Positions 62,138 to 64,000 of a stretch of DNA of 64,000 nt are shown here, piece after piece. Below the pieces are notes generated by a model that was not told the DNA's origin, did no database searches, and saw only the letters and a program-made list of their open reading frames with translations. How positions within the stretch are numbered: position 1 is the first letter of the stretch; the number at the start of each line of letters is the position of its first letter. Position numbers and translations under genes: made by a program. Origin of the DNA: Alphaproteobacteria bacterium. Lineage in GTDB: Bacteria > Pseudomonadota > Alphaproteobacteria > UBA828 > JAPUJA01. Location of the stretch: the NCBI GenBank assembly GCA_965198325.1, contig CBDAPE010000013.1, positions 256,307 to 320,306 of the forward strand. The letters run 5' to 3'.

Positions 62138-62329
62138 TGTCAATGGCGGAGCAAGAAGGGACGACCGTGGCGGTGTAAGAAGGGACCGCTTGGCGGCTGC
62201 GGGCTTGTCCCCGTAGTCCATGGGCGGGCCCCGCGTGCGACGCGGCGTGCCCTCAACAGGCCGGACGCGGCGGCGCGCGCGGGAGGGACCTGTGGGCCCA
62301 TGGGGTCAAGCGTGGGTTGGGTGGTCGGT

Positions 62330-63091
62330 TCAGTTCGCCGTCGGGGTTTGACGCCTGCGGCTCTGGTTGAGCCTGTAGCTCTCGCCATTCATCTCGAGGA
62401 TGTTGACGTGGTGGGTGCGGCGGTCGAGGAGAGCGCCGGTAAGCCGCTCGGAGCCGAACACCTCGGTCCATTCGTCGAACGGCAGATTGGTGGTGACCAG
62501 GGTCGAGCCGCGCTCGTAGCGCTGGCTGAACACCTCGAACAGGAGCTCGGCACCGGTCTTGGACAGCGGCACGAAGCCGAGTTCGTCGACGATCAGAAGC
62601 TTGTAGGTGGCGAGCTTCTTCTGGAACCTCAGCAGCTGCTTGTCATCGCGGGCCTCGATGAGCTCGTGGACCAGCGCGGCGGTGATGAAGCCGACCGAGA
62701 GGCCCTTCTGGCAGGCCGCCAAGCCGAGACCGAGGGCGATGTGGGTCTTGCCGGTGCCGCTGTTGCCGAGCGCGATGAGGTTCTCGCGGCGCTCGATGTA
62801 CGCGCAGCGGGCGAGCTCCAGGACCAACGTCTTGTTGAGCGAGGGGATGACCTTGAAATCGAAGCTATCGAGGCTCTTGATCACGGGGAAGCGCGCCGCC
62901 TTGATCCGCCGCTCGACCATGCGGCGCTCGCGGTCGATCAGCTCGAGCTCGGCCAGACGCAGAAGATAGCGAACGTGGTCGACGCCTTCAGAGGCGCACT
63001 GCCGGGCGATCTTGTCGTACTCCCTCAGGACCGTCGGCAGCTTCAGCCTCTTGAGGTGGTGGACGAGCAGCAGCCGTGGTGTGTCGGTCAT
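62330..63091 (-). CDS. istB: IS21 IstB (one Ala codon shorter than copy 1)
   Basis: …GFITAALVHELIEA… versus copy 1 …GFITAAALVHELIEA…; otherwise identical. Confidence 0.9.
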   Translation of the reverse strand: MTDTPRLLLVHHLKRLKLPTVLREYDKIARQCASEGVDHVRYLLRLAELELIDRERRMVERRIKAARFPVIKSLDSFDFKVIPSLNKTLVLELARCAYIERRENLIALGNSGTGKTHIALGLGLAACQKGLSVGFITAALVHELIEARDDKQLLRFQKKLATYKLLIVDELGFVPLSKTGAELLFEVFSQRYERGSTLVTTNLPFDEWTEVFGSERLTGALLDRRTHHVNILEMNGESYRLNQSRRRQTPTAN

Positions 63092-64000
63092 GCGCCGAGC
63101 CCCGACAGCAGGCTCATGTACGACTTGGCAGACGTCGTCGCGACCCGGGCGCGCGGCAGGTACGGATAGACCTCGAGGTTGAGCCGGGGCGGCCGCCGCT
63201 CGATGCGGCACAGTACCAGGTGCTTCACCGCATCGAAGCCGATGGCGCCGAGCCTGAGCGCGTCGCCGACCGCACCCTCGACCTCCTCGAGCCGGAAGCT
63301 CTCCAGCAGACGGCGCACCTGGACGGACTCGCGCTTGCCCGCCTTGCCCATGCGGGCTTCGAGCAGGCGTCGCAGAGTGATGAAGGCCTCGGGCAGGTCC
63401 CAGCCCGCCAACGGCGCGGCCTGGTCGAGGGCGCCGATCTTCTGCTCGATCAAGGGTAGGTAATGCAGCGGGTCGAAGATCAGGTCCTCGCTGTCGTAGG
63501 ACCGGCGGTGCCGGGCAATCACCTCCGCGCCGCAAGAGATAACGACCTCGTCGACGGAGCACCGGATCAGCACCTCGCGGTGGCCATAGGCCACGGGCAC
63601 CGAGTAGTCGTTGCCCCGGCAGCGCACCAGCGACAGCGAGCTCACCCGTCCAGTGCGCTTGTCGCAGGCATCGTATGGTGCCGGGGGGAGAGGCAAGAAG
63701 GCTTCCCGGTCCCGTGCGAGGCGCTCGCCGATGGTCTCCTTGTGACCCCGCAGCCGCGCCGCCTGGCGCCGGCGGCACTGTCCCGCGAGAGCATCGTTCA
63801 GCGCCTCGAAGCTCTCGGCCCGCGGGACGGGGACCCGGAAGGTCCGCCGGATGAAGCCGACCAGTCCCTCGACCTTGCCTTTGTCGTTGCCCTTGCCCGG
63901 CCGGCCGAACCTGTCCTCGAACAGATAGGGGGATTGAAGGTCCGTGAAGACGCGCGTTCGCTGCCGCTTGCCATCGCCCAGTATCCGGGCGACTGCCAGC
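63088..64000 (-). CDS. istA: IS21 IstA, C-terminal two-thirds (gene continues beyond window end)
   Basis: Uninterrupted continuation across the IS256 target site (…EEVEGAVGDALRLGAIGFDAVKHLVLCRIERRPP…); ATGA overlap with istB. Confidence 0.85.
   Translation of the reverse strand, partial: LAVARILGDGKRQRTRVFTDLQSPYLFEDRFGRPGKGNDKGKVEGLVGFIRRTFRVPVPRAESFEALNDALAGQCRRRQAARLRGHKETIGERLARDREAFLPLPPAPYDACDKRTGRVSSLSLVRCRGNDYSVPVAYGHREVLIRCSVDEVVISCGAEVIARHRRSYDSEDLIFDPLHYLPLIEQKIGALDQAAPLAGWDLPEAFITLRRLLEARMGKAGKRESVQVRRLLESFRLEEVEGAVGDALRLGAIGFDAVKHLVLCRIERRPPRLNLEVYPYLPRARVATTSAKSYMSLLSGLGA

Larger units (their letters stand above)
62138..64000 (-). mobile_element. IS21-family element copy 2 (uninterrupted; continues past window end)
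   Basis: Same terminus TGTCAATGGCGGAGCAAGAAGGGAC as copy 1; istB intact, istA uninterrupted to the window end. Confidence 0.85.

Overview
The window is GC-rich alphaproteobacterial DNA. It starts at the edge of a surface-polysaccharide locus on the minus strand: a PseG-like gene running off the window start, a NusG-paralog antiterminator and a winged-helix regulator. From about 2.2 kb onward it is a roughly 60-kb accessory region that is densely packed with insertion sequences and decayed gene fragments.

Mobile DNA recognised:
- two IS21 copies (istA/istB), one of which splits a TrwC/TraA relaxase fragment from a Calx-beta autotransporter fragment;
- three essentially identical IS256-family copies, each nested inside another IS (IS21 istA, an IS5/IS427 element, an IS110 element);
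- two IS630 copies plus a third orfA fragment;
- several IS3-family elements and fragments, one carrying a 409-bp internal tandem duplication;
- IS5/IS427, three or four IS110-family elements, two IS1182-like elements, IS6 fragments, and a second IS21-like istA/istB fragment pair;
- a family of MITE-like elements with about 24-bp terminal inverted repeats (7 or more copies or fragments).

Cargo genes scattered between the IS:
- YejA-like substrate-binding protein, ApbE and a multicopper oxidase in one operon;
- a caspase-like (clan CD) protein fragment;
- MFS, LivK-type substrate-binding protein, NCS2 permease, SDR, dinB, glyoxalase;
- YecA-like protein, a decayed DUF3489/DUF2924/serine-recombinase cassette, a TPR-like protein;
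- an MMPL/RND export cluster (RND, LolA-like, outer-membrane protein) with an MpaB-like oxygenase upstream;
- an ankyrin-repeat protein, an orphan Vsr and an integrase fragment.

Two inverted arrays of 21-22-bp iteron-like repeats (CCCTGTT/AACAGGG) lie at about 33.66 and 41.3-41.5 kb. No rRNA, tRNA or CRISPR was recognised.

CDS coordinates follow the supplied ORF table. IS and repeat boundaries were read by eye and may be off by 1-3 bp.
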